Assembly (NCBI GenBank): GCA_003139695.1
Contig: PLJM01000028.1
Span: 1,573-65,572 of the forward strand
Source of the DNA: Candidatus Dormiibacterota bacterium
GTDB taxonomy: Bacteria > Chloroflexota > Dormibacteria > Dormibacterales > Dormibacteraceae
Reading direction: 5' to 3'
DNA: 64,000 nucleotides
This document shows, piece after piece, positions 37,537-46,199 of this stretch. Position numbers and translations under genes: made by a program. Position 1 is the first letter of the stretch, and each line of letters begins with the position of its first letter. The notes beneath the pieces were generated by a model that had not been told where the DNA came from, ran no database searches, and was given only the letters and a program-made list of their open reading frames with translations.

Positions 37537-38633
37537 GCGCCCACCGCATCGCGGCGATCACGCGCCGGCTGCTTCAGCAGTTTCGACATGACCGCCGAAC
37601 GCTCGCGCTGCTGTTTGTTGCTCCGCTGGTGATTCTGTCGCTGCTCGGGTACTTGATCCGGGGTGGGGCTTCAGCGCCCGGCGTCGGCATCGCGAACGAG
37701 GACCAGGGACCGGTCGGCGCGACACTCGCAAGCGCGCTGGAGAAATCAATCAAGATCCACACGGTCATCATCAACCCGGCCGATGGCGAAACCAAGCTCA
37801 AGGACGGGTCGCTGGTCGCGTATATCGTCTTCCCGCCTGGCTTCAGCCAGCTCGTAATCCAGCAGCAGGTCATTGCGCCGGAAATTCACCTCGAGGGCTC
37901 GCAACCTGGGACGCAAGCTCCTGTGTTGCAGGCTCTGCAGGATGCGCTCACCTCATTCGCGGCGGCCTCGCAGGCGGCCGTCAAATTCCAACCGAACGTG
38001 TCCTATCTGTACGGCGGGCCCAACCTCGACCAGCTCGATTACTTCGGGGCCGCATTCATCGGCTTGATCCTGTTCTTCCTCGTGTTCGTGGTCACGATCG
38101 TGTCCTTCCTGCGCGAGCGTTCGCAGGGCACGCTCGAGCGCTTGATGGCGAGCCCGCTGCGGCGCGGCGAAATCGTTGTCGGCTACATGATCGGCTTCAC
38201 CATCCTCGCCCTTGTTCAGGCAGTAGAAGTGCTCATCTTTTCGCTCTACGTGCTCAAAGTCCATAACCAGGGCAATGTGCTTCTGATCTTCGGATTCGAG
38301 GTGCTGATGGCGCTCAGCGCCGTGAACCTCGGCATTTTCCTGAGCATGTTTGCGCGCACGGAGTTCCAGGCGGTGCAGTTCATACCGCTGGTGATAGTTC
38401 CGCAGGTGCTGCTGTCCGGCATCCTGTTCCCCGTCTCGACGGAGCCGACACCGTTGCAGTACATCTCGGATGTGCTGCCTCTGACCTACGCGGTCAACGG
38501 GCTTCGTGACGTCATGCTCAAAGGTGCCGATTTGACGTGGCCCGCGCTTCAGCTTGATGCCGGCGTCGTCGCCGGTTTCTGTTTGCTGCTGATCTTCGCG
38601 GGAATCGGAACCCTTCGGCGCCGGATCGCCTGA
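37533..38633 (+). CDS. ABC-2 type transporter permease
   Basis: 366 aa. N-terminal TM, large loop and a C-terminal 5-helix bundle. ATGA overlap with the ATPase gene. Confidence 0.85.
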   Translation: MSAHRIAAITRRLLQQFRHDRRTLALLFVAPLVILSLLGYLIRGGASAPGVGIANEDQGPVGATLASALEKSIKIHTVIINPADGETKLKDGSLVAYIVFPPGFSQLVIQQQVIAPEIHLEGSQPGTQAPVLQALQDALTSFAAASQAAVKFQPNVSYLYGGPNLDQLDYFGAAFIGLILFFLVFVVTIVSFLRERSQGTLERLMASPLRRGEIVVGYMIGFTILALVQAVEVLIFSLYVLKVHNQGNVLLIFGFEVLMALSAVNLGIFLSMFARTEFQAVQFIPLVIVPQVLLSGILFPVSTEPTPLQYISDVLPLTYAVNGLRDVMLKGADLTWPALQLDAGVVAGFCLLLIFAGIGTLRRRIA

Positions 38634-38655
38634 TCGCGACGTTTCGTAAGCTGCA

Positions 38656-38961
38656 GTGATGCTGCTCGTTTGCTCAGGCCGCTGCGGCGGCCGGCTGTTT
38701 CGCGCGCTGTTCGCGGAGGTGGACGTCGACTCCGGCGGCGGCTACCAGGACCATCGGATCGCGCAGCCCGGATACATCTGCCTCAATTGCGGTTCGCCGG
38801 CGGTGGACCTGAGCGAGGTGCCGGCCGAGATGGACGCCGAGGCTGCGGCAGACGAGCCGCCGGCCGGGGCCGACATCCTGTGTCCTGTGTGCGAGACGCT
38901 GGTTCAGGTGGACGCGGGCATGGAGTGCCCCAACTGCGGAGCGCCGCTGGAGGTCGCCTGA
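38656..38961 (+). CDS. small zinc-ribbon protein (four CxxC pairs)
   Basis: CSGRC, CLNC, CPVC, CPNC pairs in 101 aa with an acidic linker. Confidence 0.45.
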   Translation: MMLLVCSGRCGGRLFRALFAEVDVDSGGGYQDHRIAQPGYICLNCGSPAVDLSEVPAEMDAEAAADEPPAGADILCPVCETLVQVDAGMECPNCGAPLEVA

Positions 38962-38962
38962 C

Positions 38963-40210
38963 CTAGATCAAAGAGGCGCTGCCGACGAGGATCCCAAGCA
39001 TCCACCGGGCCGCAGCAGCATCGCCCTCCCGCACCGCGCGTCTGAGGGCCCTTATCGCTCGAGGCGTGTCGAGATCGTCATCGAGCGCAGCGTTGAACTC
39101 CTTCAAGAGCGCCTTTCCGGCCCGGGCGGGCGCACGGACCGCCGGGCCCGCCCCTACCACCACCGCGGATGGACTCTCGCCCGCCCCCCGAGCCTCTTCC
39201 GCCAAAAGCGCGCGCACACGTTCGACCAGCCGGGCGGCTCGCGTCAGCGCCGACCAGCTGAAATCCCAATCGCGCCCGTAACGATGCGAGGCCAGATAGA
39301 GGCGCACCGCGGCCGCGGGCGCTCGCTGCAGCGCCTGGCTCACATGCACCAGGTTGCCCAACGACTTGCTCATCTTCCGGCCTTCGTACCGGACCATGCC
39401 AGTGTGCATCCAGGCCCTGGCGAACGGAACCTTGCCTGTTAATGACTCGGACTGGGCACGCTCAGCCTCGTGATGGCTGAACGTAAGGTCACGCCCGCCC
39501 CCATGGATGTCGATCTGCTCACCGAGGTAGTGCATGGCCATCGCCGAGCACTCGATGTGCCAGCCCGGTCGGCCCGGTCCGAACGCGGACGGCCACGTCG
39601 GCTCATCCGGCCGCGAGCCACGCCACAACGGAAAGTCGAGAAGATCTCGCTTGGCATCAGGTCCGACCGTCCCTAGTAAGCCCTCATCGCGCAGCTTGCG
39701 CAGCATCGACGGCCGGCTGCGATGCGACAGCCCCCCGAATCGCTTGTAGGTGCTGACATCGAAATAGAGCGCATCGGTCTTGTATGCATGCTTCGTGCGG
39801 TAGAGCTTTGACGCTGCGCCAAGAATGCGCACGATCTCTTCCGAAACCTTGGGCATGAAATCGGGCGGCCGCCACCCAAGCGCGGTCATGTCGCGAATGT
39901 GCACCTTGGTCTCGCGGTCGGCCAGCAACCTCCAATCGACTCCATCCCGCCTTGCCCGTTCGAACAGGGGATCGTCGACGTCGGTGACGTTCTGCACGTA
40001 ACGCACGCGCACCCCGCTCGCCTCCGCAAAGCGCACGAGGATATCGAACATGCAGAAGGTGAAGGCGTGTCCCATGTGACCCGAGTCATATGGCGTGACG
40101 CCGCATACGTAGAGGTTCAGCAGCTGCTTGCCCCGTTTGCTCGCCAGACGCAATCGGACCTTGCGCTTTGACAAGGTGTCGTGGACTCGAAGCGCGAAAG
40201 GCTCAGCCAC
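38963..40210 (-). CDS. mshC: cysteine ligase MshC (class I CysRS family, mycothiol biosynthesis type)
   Basis: YVCGVTPYDSGHMGHA, YVQNVTDVDDPLFERARRDGVDWR, GPGRPGWHIECSAM, KMSKSLGN. At 415 aa it has MshC-like rather than CysRS-like length and motifs. Confidence 0.8.
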   Translation of the reverse strand: MAEPFALRVHDTLSKRKVRLRLASKRGKQLLNLYVCGVTPYDSGHMGHAFTFCMFDILVRFAEASGVRVRYVQNVTDVDDPLFERARRDGVDWRLLADRETKVHIRDMTALGWRPPDFMPKVSEEIVRILGAASKLYRTKHAYKTDALYFDVSTYKRFGGLSHRSRPSMLRKLRDEGLLGTVGPDAKRDLLDFPLWRGSRPDEPTWPSAFGPGRPGWHIECSAMAMHYLGEQIDIHGGGRDLTFSHHEAERAQSESLTGKVPFARAWMHTGMVRYEGRKMSKSLGNLVHVSQALQRAPAAAVRLYLASHRYGRDWDFSWSALTRAARLVERVRALLAEEARGAGESPSAVVVGAGPAVRAPARAGKALLKEFNAALDDDLDTPRAIRALRRAVREGDAAAARWMLGILVGSASLI

Positions 40211-40262
40211 AGGATCGATCAGCAGATTCCATCGATGCCTGAAGCGCGGAAAAGCGACTCGA

Positions 40263-41456
40263 TCAGGAGTGAGCCCGCGTGCGCGCCGGAGCGTCGGCGC
40301 GCATGGCCTCTGCCCTGTCGGTCATCTCCCATGCAACCCCGAGGTCGTCGCGCCCGAAATGGCCGTAAGCAGCCGTGGGCTGGTAGATCGGGCGCTTGAG
40401 CTTCATGTTCGCGATGATCGCGCCAGGTCGCAGGTCGAAGTGCCTGCGCACCAGCTCGAGCATCTCGTCCTCGGAGACCGTCGACGTGCCAAACGTCTCC
40501 ACCGCAATCGAGGTCGGGTGCGCCCGCCCAATCGCATATGAGACCTGGACCTCGCACCGGTCCGCGAAGCCTGCCGCGACGATGTTCTTGGCCACGTGCC
40601 TCGCCGCGTAAGCCGCGGAGCGATCGACCTTGCTCGGGTCCTTGCCGCTGAAAGCGCCGCCGCCGTGTCGCGCGACACCGCCATAGGTGTCGACGATGAT
40701 CTTGCGACCCGTGAGCCCGGCGTCGGCAGCCGGCCCTCCGAGGATGAACTGCCCACTTGGGTTCACCATGATCTTGGTGTTCTTGTCGACCACGTAGCCC
40801 TTGAGGACCGGGTCGATGATCAGCGAATGGACGCCGTCGGCAACCTCTTTCTGGCTGACTCCCGGCGCGTGGTGCGTGGAGACGACGATCGCTTCGATTC
40901 GCTTGGGCACGCCGCGGTCGTACTCCACGGTTACCTGGGTCTTGCCGTCCGGCCGAAGAAAAGGCAGGCTGCCGTCCTTTCGCGTCTGTGCCAGCCGCCT
41001 GGCCAGCCGGTGGGCGAGCGAGATGGTCAGCGGCATCAGCTCGGGAGTTTCCCGGCAAGCGAAGCCGATCATCATGCCCTGGTCGCCAGCGCCCTGAAGC
41101 TCGTACGGGTCGTCCTCGAGCGTGCCTTCCCGCTCTTCCAGCGAGTGATTGACGCTGGCTGCGATGTCCGGTGACTGCTCTTTCAGGTACACCTGGATAA
41201 GTGCGTGGTCCGCGTCGAAGCCGATCTCCTCCGAGTTGTAGCCGATGCCTCGGATCGTGTCGCGGATCGTGCGCTGGATGTCGAGCTCGGCATGCGTCGT
41301 GACCTCTCCGATCACCACGCAAAGTCCCTTGGTTATCGCGGTCTCGCACGCGACGCGCGCGTCGGGGTCCTGCGCCAGCATCCCGTCGAGCACGGCGTCT
41401 GAGACCTGGTCGCAAACTTTGTCTGGGTGGCCCTCGGTGACCGATTCCGAGGTCAT
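40263..41456 (-). CDS. metK: S-adenosylmethionine synthetase
   Basis: [43 protein letters not shown] at 41456 is preferred over the TTG at 41504. Confidence 0.95.
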   Translation of the reverse strand: MTSESVTEGHPDKVCDQVSDAVLDGMLAQDPDARVACETAITKGLCVVIGEVTTHAELDIQRTIRDTIRGIGYNSEEIGFDADHALIQVYLKEQSPDIAASVNHSLEEREGTLEDDPYELQGAGDQGMMIGFACRETPELMPLTISLAHRLARRLAQTRKDGSLPFLRPDGKTQVTVEYDRGVPKRIEAIVVSTHHAPGVSQKEVADGVHSLIIDPVLKGYVVDKNTKIMVNPSGQFILGGPAADAGLTGRKIIVDTYGGVARHGGGAFSGKDPSKVDRSAAYAARHVAKNIVAAGFADRCEVQVSYAIGRAHPTSIAVETFGTSTVSEDEMLELVRRHFDLRPGAIIANMKLKRPIYQPTAAYGHFGRDDLGVAWEMTDRAEAMRADAPARTRAHS

Positions 41457-41548
41457 GAGAAATGAGGGCGAGCTGCCAAAGCTAGTCGTCACAACGGCTG
41501 CCAATCATAACGGCGTACGAAAGTCGAACCGACCGCCGGCGCGGCCGA

Positions 41549-41812
41549 CTAGGTTCCGGTGCGCTGGCGGCGGTCCTCCGGTGATTGGCCGAGGAGTTGG
41601 GCCTGGAGCGCAAAGATGTCGTCGAGGACGCGATCGATCCGCCTGCCTTCGAGCCGGTGGTCTGCGATCACTCCGGCCCTCTCGAGATGGTTGCGCAGCG
41701 AATTGCCCAAAGGGCCGTCGACCCGAGACCGCCCTGTCACCTGTGCCTCTTCCAGCAACTGCAGGCATCGGTCTAGGGCCAGCTGGCGGAGCCGGTGCTC
41801 GCGAACCGTCAC
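41549..41812 (-). CDS. hypothetical helical protein, last gene of the ECF sigma operon
   Basis: 87 aa. ATGA overlap with the upstream Rieske-like gene. No family recognised. Confidence 0.4.
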   Translation of the reverse strand: MTVREHRLRQLALDRCLQLLEEAQVTGRSRVDGPLGNSLRNHLERAGVIADHRLEGRRIDRVLDDIFALQAQLLGQSPEDRRQRTGT

Positions 41813-42465
41813 GTCCCGAGTATCTCCACCCTGCCGGCATCAGTCACCCGGGCGCTGACCAGGTCCAGCGAAGGCAGGGGGTAGGCCTTGTTCGTCGGGG
41901 CTCCTGCCGGCGTGAATGAGGCCGGATGGCAGGGGCAGTCCAGCACGTGAGTGCCGCCGTTCCACTGAAGCTCGCACGGAAGATCTGAACAGATCGAAGA
42001 CACTGCGTTCACCGTGTCGCCACGGCGGAACAGGAACGCGCCGATGGCTCCGGCCGTCACACGCGTGGCCTGGCCGTCGACAAAGTCGGCGAGCGCTCCA
42101 ACATCGACCCACCTGCCGTTCGCCGGACTGACCTGGCGCGGAGCGGGGACGTAGCTCGACAGGTTCGGCTCCATGGCCCTTCCCATCAAGCCACCGGCGG
42201 CGACTCCAGTCACTACACCCAGCCCTGCGACGAGCGCAGCACGCCGAGTGAGCCAGCCTCCGTTCGGAGCGGCTTCGAGTGCCTGGGCCATCCGCTTGCG
42301 GAAAGCCGGGTGCATGCGCTGCACGCCCTGGCCCGCGGCGACAAGCCGAGCCGCCGCCGTGATCGCCTCCTTCTCGTCTGCGTCTCCCCCGCGCAGCCTC
42401 AGGCGCCGGCCACGAAGCAGATCGCTGACGATCCTGTCGACGCGATTCTCCGACCCTTCACTCAT
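41809..42465 (-). CDS. putative membrane anti-sigma factor with extracytoplasmic Rieske-like [2Fe-2S] domain (variant box 1)
   Basis: 8-nt overlap with the sigma gene. About 70 cytoplasmic residues, then TRRAALVAGLGVVTGVAAGGL (TM/Tat-like), then CSDLPC...CPCH (canonical Rieske is CxHxGC...CxCH). Confidence 0.65.
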   Translation of the reverse strand: MSEGSENRVDRIVSDLLRGRRLRLRGGDADEKEAITAAARLVAAGQGVQRMHPAFRKRMAQALEAAPNGGWLTRRAALVAGLGVVTGVAAGGLMGRAMEPNLSSYVPAPRQVSPANGRWVDVGALADFVDGQATRVTAGAIGAFLFRRGDTVNAVSSICSDLPCELQWNGGTHVLDCPCHPASFTPAGAPTNKAYPLPSLDLVSARVTDAGRVEILGT

Positions 42466-43012
42466 CGAGTCGCACCTTCGCCGCAGCCCGCAGTGCCCGC
42501 AGCTGCATCACCTTCACCGCGCCCACCGTGGAACGCATCTCTGCAGCCACCTCTTTGAGTGAATACCCGTGCAGGAAACGGAGGGTGAGCACGCGCCGGT
42601 AGTTGTCCGACAAACTTTCCAGGACCCTGCGCGCCCTTTCGGCCGGCTCCTCGGAAGGTGGACCGGGCGGGACCGCCATCGCCAAGTCCTCATGGAGCTC
42701 TGACTCGGACAGCCCCAGCCGGGTACTCCAGAACGCGCCAAGGACGGAGCGCGCCGTGGCGAAGAGATATCCCCTGATCGCGCTGGCGGGAGCCCCTGGG
42801 CGCAGCCGCGGGATGGCTTTCATCGCGACCTGCTGAGTGAGATCTTCGGCATCTGGACGGTTGCCCACTCGCGCATAGATGAAGGCGTAAACCAGCTCCA
42901 GCTCGTCCAGCGCTATGGCCGTGCTGCTGGAAGCTGCAGGAAGCTCGAGAATCTCCCCCGCCCCTTCGTCCCCTCTCGCCTCACTTTGCGACCGCCCCGG
43001 GCCCGTGGTCAT
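42458..43012 (-). CDS. ECF-type RNA polymerase sigma-70 family factor
   Basis: Region 2 (DAEDLTQQVAMKA) and region 4 (YRRVLTLRFLHGYSLKEVAAEM..VGAVKV). 184 aa. Confidence 0.85.
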   Translation of the reverse strand: MTTGPGRSQSEARGDEGAGEILELPAASSSTAIALDELELVYAFIYARVGNRPDAEDLTQQVAMKAIPRLRPGAPASAIRGYLFATARSVLGAFWSTRLGLSESELHEDLAMAVPPGPPSEEPAERARRVLESLSDNYRRVLTLRFLHGYSLKEVAAEMRSTVGAVKVMQLRALRAAAKVRLDE

Positions 43013-43019
43013 GGATTAC

Positions 43020-43208
43020 CTACTTGAAGAGATTCCCACAGAGGAGGTACTTGGAGTTCGTGCCGGTCATGTCCGGTCCGACATGAACCACGACGTACCA
43101 GGAGCCGACCGCCGATCTCGGAGACGGCGAGGGCGAGGTGCCAGTGCCGGTGCTGCCGCAAGCGGCCGCCGTCATCGGGATCGCGGCCAGAACGACCGAC
43201 CGCCTCAT
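43020..43208 (-). CDS. small putative lipoprotein
   Basis: 62 aa. Lipobox (TAAAC). Strong SD GAGGAGGA 9 nt upstream of the ATG. Stop is 8 nt before the sigma gene. Confidence 0.45.
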   Translation of the reverse strand: MRRSVVLAAIPMTAAACGSTGTGTSPSPSPRSAVGSWYVVVHVGPDMTGTNSKYLLCGNLFK

Positions 43209-43320
43209 ACGTGCAAATCCTCCTCAACTCTGTACACGGGCGTTACCTGTGAAGGTTACTTGAGGTGCTCGTGCTCCCAGCCGAATAGCGCGGCGATATG
43301 AAAGGGCCCTCCCGGGTGTT

Positions 43321-43341
43321 GCGAGCGAGGGGTTCGCTCGC
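43321..43341 (-). terminator. candidate stem-loop terminator after the DUF4349 gene
   Basis: Perfect 8-bp stem GCGAGCGA / TCGCTCGC with a 5-nt loop. No U-tract. Confidence 0.3.
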
Positions 43342-43371
43342 TGCCCAGGCGGGCCCGCCGGTAAAGGTCGG

Positions 43372-44274
43372 TTATGCGCGCTTGGCGACTGGCCAGCCCG
43401 GCCGGCCGGAACGCCGCCACAAGAGGAAGCCGAGCCCGAGCAGGACCAGGATCGGTCCGATCGCGCCGAGGCCGGTGACGACGTAGTTGATGGTGGTGAC
43501 GAAGTTGTGTGCTCCGTCGCCGAGCGCGGTCGCGAAGCCCCAGCTGTCCTGCTTCTGAACCTGAAGGGGCGCGCCCGCCTCCTGCAGGTTCACGGTGACC
43601 GTGCTGTAAGTCGTGTTGTGGTCGATGTATTGGATTTGGCCCTTCAACTGCTCGATCTGCCCGGTGATCTGGCCAATCTGCGTTTGCACGGCGATGATGT
43701 CCGAGATCGACCGGGCCCGCTTGAGCAAAGCCAGCATCGCGTCGCGCTGCGCCAACTGGTTGGCGAGGCGAGCCTGGAGGTCGACATACTGCGCGCTGAC
43801 GTCGTTGCCGCTGATGTGCTCGTTCTTGACCTTGCCCATCTTCGAGAGCAGGTCGATCGTCTCGTCGAACTTGGCGGCGGGAACCATGAAGGTGATGACG
43901 CCCGTCCTGATGGTGTCATTCGTCACCGGGTTCGACTGCGCATCGGTGCCGGCGATGAATCCCTGCTCCTGCTCGACCAGCGTGCGAAGGTCCGATAGCT
44001 TCGAGTCGAACAGACCCGACTGGACGCTGATCGTCAGCTGGGCCTGACGGATCACCTGCGGACCCTGGACGGCCGGCACGACGTTCGGGACGGGATTGAC
44101 TTGATCGGTGCTACCGCCAGCCCCACCGGGCTGAGGCACGGGCGCGCCCATGGCGGGGTTGCCGCCGGTCGTCCCCGAATTGGAGCTGCCGCCGCCGGTG
44201 CTGGACGCGGCGCTACCGCCTCCGCAGGCGGCCGCCGCCGCAACGATCGCAATGACGACTAAGAGCTTTTTCAT
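43372..44274 (-). CDS. DUF4349 domain lipoprotein
   Basis: MKKLLVVIAIVAAAAAC lipobox, coiled-coil region (YVDLQARLANQ...IEQLKGQIQYID), C-terminal TM helix. ATG at 44274. Confidence 0.75.
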   Translation of the reverse strand: MKKLLVVIAIVAAAAACGGGSAASSTGGGSSNSGTTGGNPAMGAPVPQPGGAGGSTDQVNPVPNVVPAVQGPQVIRQAQLTISVQSGLFDSKLSDLRTLVEQEQGFIAGTDAQSNPVTNDTIRTGVITFMVPAAKFDETIDLLSKMGKVKNEHISGNDVSAQYVDLQARLANQLAQRDAMLALLKRARSISDIIAVQTQIGQITGQIEQLKGQIQYIDHNTTYSTVTVNLQEAGAPLQVQKQDSWGFATALGDGAHNFVTTINYVVTGLGAIGPILVLLGLGFLLWRRSGRPGWPVAKRA

Positions 44275-44342
44275 TTGACGGCCTCCTGCCGATTTGATGA
44301 CTGACCAAACGCCGGCCGGGCCCGCAGGTAACAATTGCGAGC

Positions 44343-45929
44343 GTGCTCCAGGTCCGTAATCTCGCTATCGACGTCGCCGCGCGCCGCGTTCTGTCGGACG
44401 CCAACTTCACAGTCGCCCCCGGCGACAAGGTGGGGTTGGTCGGCCGGAACGGCGCCGGCAAGACGAGCCTGCTCAAGGTTCTGGCGGCGGAGGACGATCC
44501 CGCCGCAGGGCTCGTGCTGCGGCGCGGCACGCTCGGCTACGTCCCCCAGAACCCGCGGCCCCGGGCCGAATCCGCTCAGACGGCGCTGTCGCACATCCTC
44601 TCTGGACGAGGTCTCGACCGAGCGGCCGTTCGTCTCGAGCAGCTGCACAAGAGCCTCGAAAAGGATGCGTCCATCGCCAACGTCGAGCTGTTCTCAGAAG
44701 CGGAGGAGAGATATCGCCTCGACGGTGGCTACTCGGGAGAGTCGGACGCTCGCCGGATCGTCACCGGGCTAGGTCTGAAGCCGGACCGCGTAGACCTTGC
44801 GTTGGGGGTGCTGTCGGGTGGCGAGCGCCGCCGTGTCGAGCTGGCTCGCGTCCTCTTTGCCGAGGCCGACCTGCTGCTCCTCGACGAGCCGACCAACCAC
44901 CTCGACAGCGACGCCAAGGCATGGCTGATGGATTTCCTTCGCAACAACCGTGGCTCCGTGATCGTCGTCAGCCACGACCTGATCCTTCTCGATGCGGCGA
45001 TCACGCGGGTGCTGCACCTGGACGCGGGCAAGCTGCGGGAATACCGCGGCACGTACTCGCAGTACCAGGCGGCCCGGAAGCTGGAAGAGAAGCGCCTGAC
45101 CTCGCTCGCCGTCCGGCAGGAAGCCGAGATCAAGCGGCTGAGCCTGCTGGCCGAGGTCATGCGCCGGCAGACGGAGAAGCGAGCGCGCACCGCCAAGTCG
45201 ATCTTCAAGCGCGTCGACCGCCTCAAGGCGCAGAAGGTCGCCGCCCCGACGCGCGAGCGCAAGGTCAAGGTCAAATTCCCAGACCCGCCGCACAGCGGCC
45301 GCGTCGTGATGACAGTCGAAGGGCTGGCCAAGGGTTACGGCGGCCCGACCGTGTTCCGCGACGTCAATTTCGAGGTCGAGCGCGGGCAGCGGCTCCTGGT
45401 CATGGGACTGAACGGCGCCGGCAAGACAAGCCTGCTGCGCATCCTGGCCGGCGAGACGGAGCCGAATGCCGGGAGCTTCCGATTGGGCCACGGCGTCTCG
45501 CTCGGGTATTACGCGCAGGAGCACGAGGGCATTCGCGCCGGCGTGCCGGTCCTGGCCCATATGCGCGACCAGTCAGACGCCGACGAGCGCTTGCTCCGTG
45601 CGCTCCTGGGCACTTTCAGCCTCACGGGCGACATCGCCCGGCAGGATGCAGGCACGCTCTCGGGCGGCGAGAAGACCAAGCTGGCGCTGGCTCAGCTCGT
45701 TGCCGGCCGGCACAATCTGCTGCTGCTCGACGAGCCGACCAACAACCTGGATCCACCTTCGCGTACAGGTGTGGCCCTCGCGCTGGCTGCATGGCCGGGC
45801 ACGATGGTCATCGTGAGCCATGACCCCGAGTTCGTCCAGGCGCTGCAGCCCGGCCGCGTCCTCTTCATGCCCGAAGGTCGCGTCGACTACTGGGAAGAGG
45901 ATCTGCTCGACGTCGTCTCGCTGGCCTGA
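44343..45929 (+). CDS. ABC-F family ATPase (two tandem ABC domains, no TMD)
   Basis: Two Walker A motifs (GRNGAGKTS, GLNGAGKTS), two LSGGE signatures, and a charged inter-domain linker. Confidence 0.9.
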   Translation: MLQVRNLAIDVAARRVLSDANFTVAPGDKVGLVGRNGAGKTSLLKVLAAEDDPAAGLVLRRGTLGYVPQNPRPRAESAQTALSHILSGRGLDRAAVRLEQLHKSLEKDASIANVELFSEAEERYRLDGGYSGESDARRIVTGLGLKPDRVDLALGVLSGGERRRVELARVLFAEADLLLLDEPTNHLDSDAKAWLMDFLRNNRGSVIVVSHDLILLDAAITRVLHLDAGKLREYRGTYSQYQAARKLEEKRLTSLAVRQEAEIKRLSLLAEVMRRQTEKRARTAKSIFKRVDRLKAQKVAAPTRERKVKVKFPDPPHSGRVVMTVEGLAKGYGGPTVFRDVNFEVERGQRLLVMGLNGAGKTSLLRILAGETEPNAGSFRLGHGVSLGYYAQEHEGIRAGVPVLAHMRDQSDADERLLRALLGTFSLTGDIARQDAGTLSGGEKTKLALAQLVAGRHNLLLLDEPTNNLDPPSRTGVALALAAWPGTMVIVSHDPEFVQALQPGRVLFMPEGRVDYWEEDLLDVVSLA

Positions 45930-45946
45930 CGGGCGAAAATATCGTC

Positions 45947-46195
45947 GTGGACAAAGCCGAACCGCGCGAGGTCCTGATGCCCGAGCTCGAAGGCGCCGAG
46001 GAGATAACCGTTGGCGCGTGGAGCAAAAAGAAAGGCGAGCACATCGCGCAGGGCGAGACCTTGATGGAAGCGCTCACCGACAAGGTCAACGCAGAGATCC
46101 CCTCTCCAATCGGCGGCATTGTCGAAGAGCTGCTTCTGAACGAGGGCGACCCGGTCAGGCCTGGCGAGCCGATCGCCATAGTGATACCGGAGTAG
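45947..46195 (+). CDS. stand-alone lipoyl/biotinyl-attachment domain protein
   Basis: 82 aa. LMPELEGAEEITVGAW..KKGE.I..GE.L.EALTDKVNAEIPSP..G.V matches an E2-type lipoyl domain with a TDK lysine. Confidence 0.6.
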   Translation: MDKAEPREVLMPELEGAEEITVGAWSKKKGEHIAQGETLMEALTDKVNAEIPSPIGGIVEELLLNEGDPVRPGEPIAIVIPE

Positions 46196-46199
46196 CTCG

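Noticed and set aside
40219-41415. 398-aa Arg-rich ORF on the same strand as metK
   Set aside because: It is an alternative frame of the unmistakable metK gene. Its composition (R/G/P/A) is typical of a high-GC shadow ORF.
41457-41548. Possible SAM riboswitch in the 92-nt metK leader
   Set aside because: I could not recognise SAM-I, SAM-II, SAM-IV or SAM/SAH core motifs by eye. There are only two TTGGCAGC direct repeats and short stems. A covariance-model scan (Rfam/Infernal) would be needed, so none is claimed.
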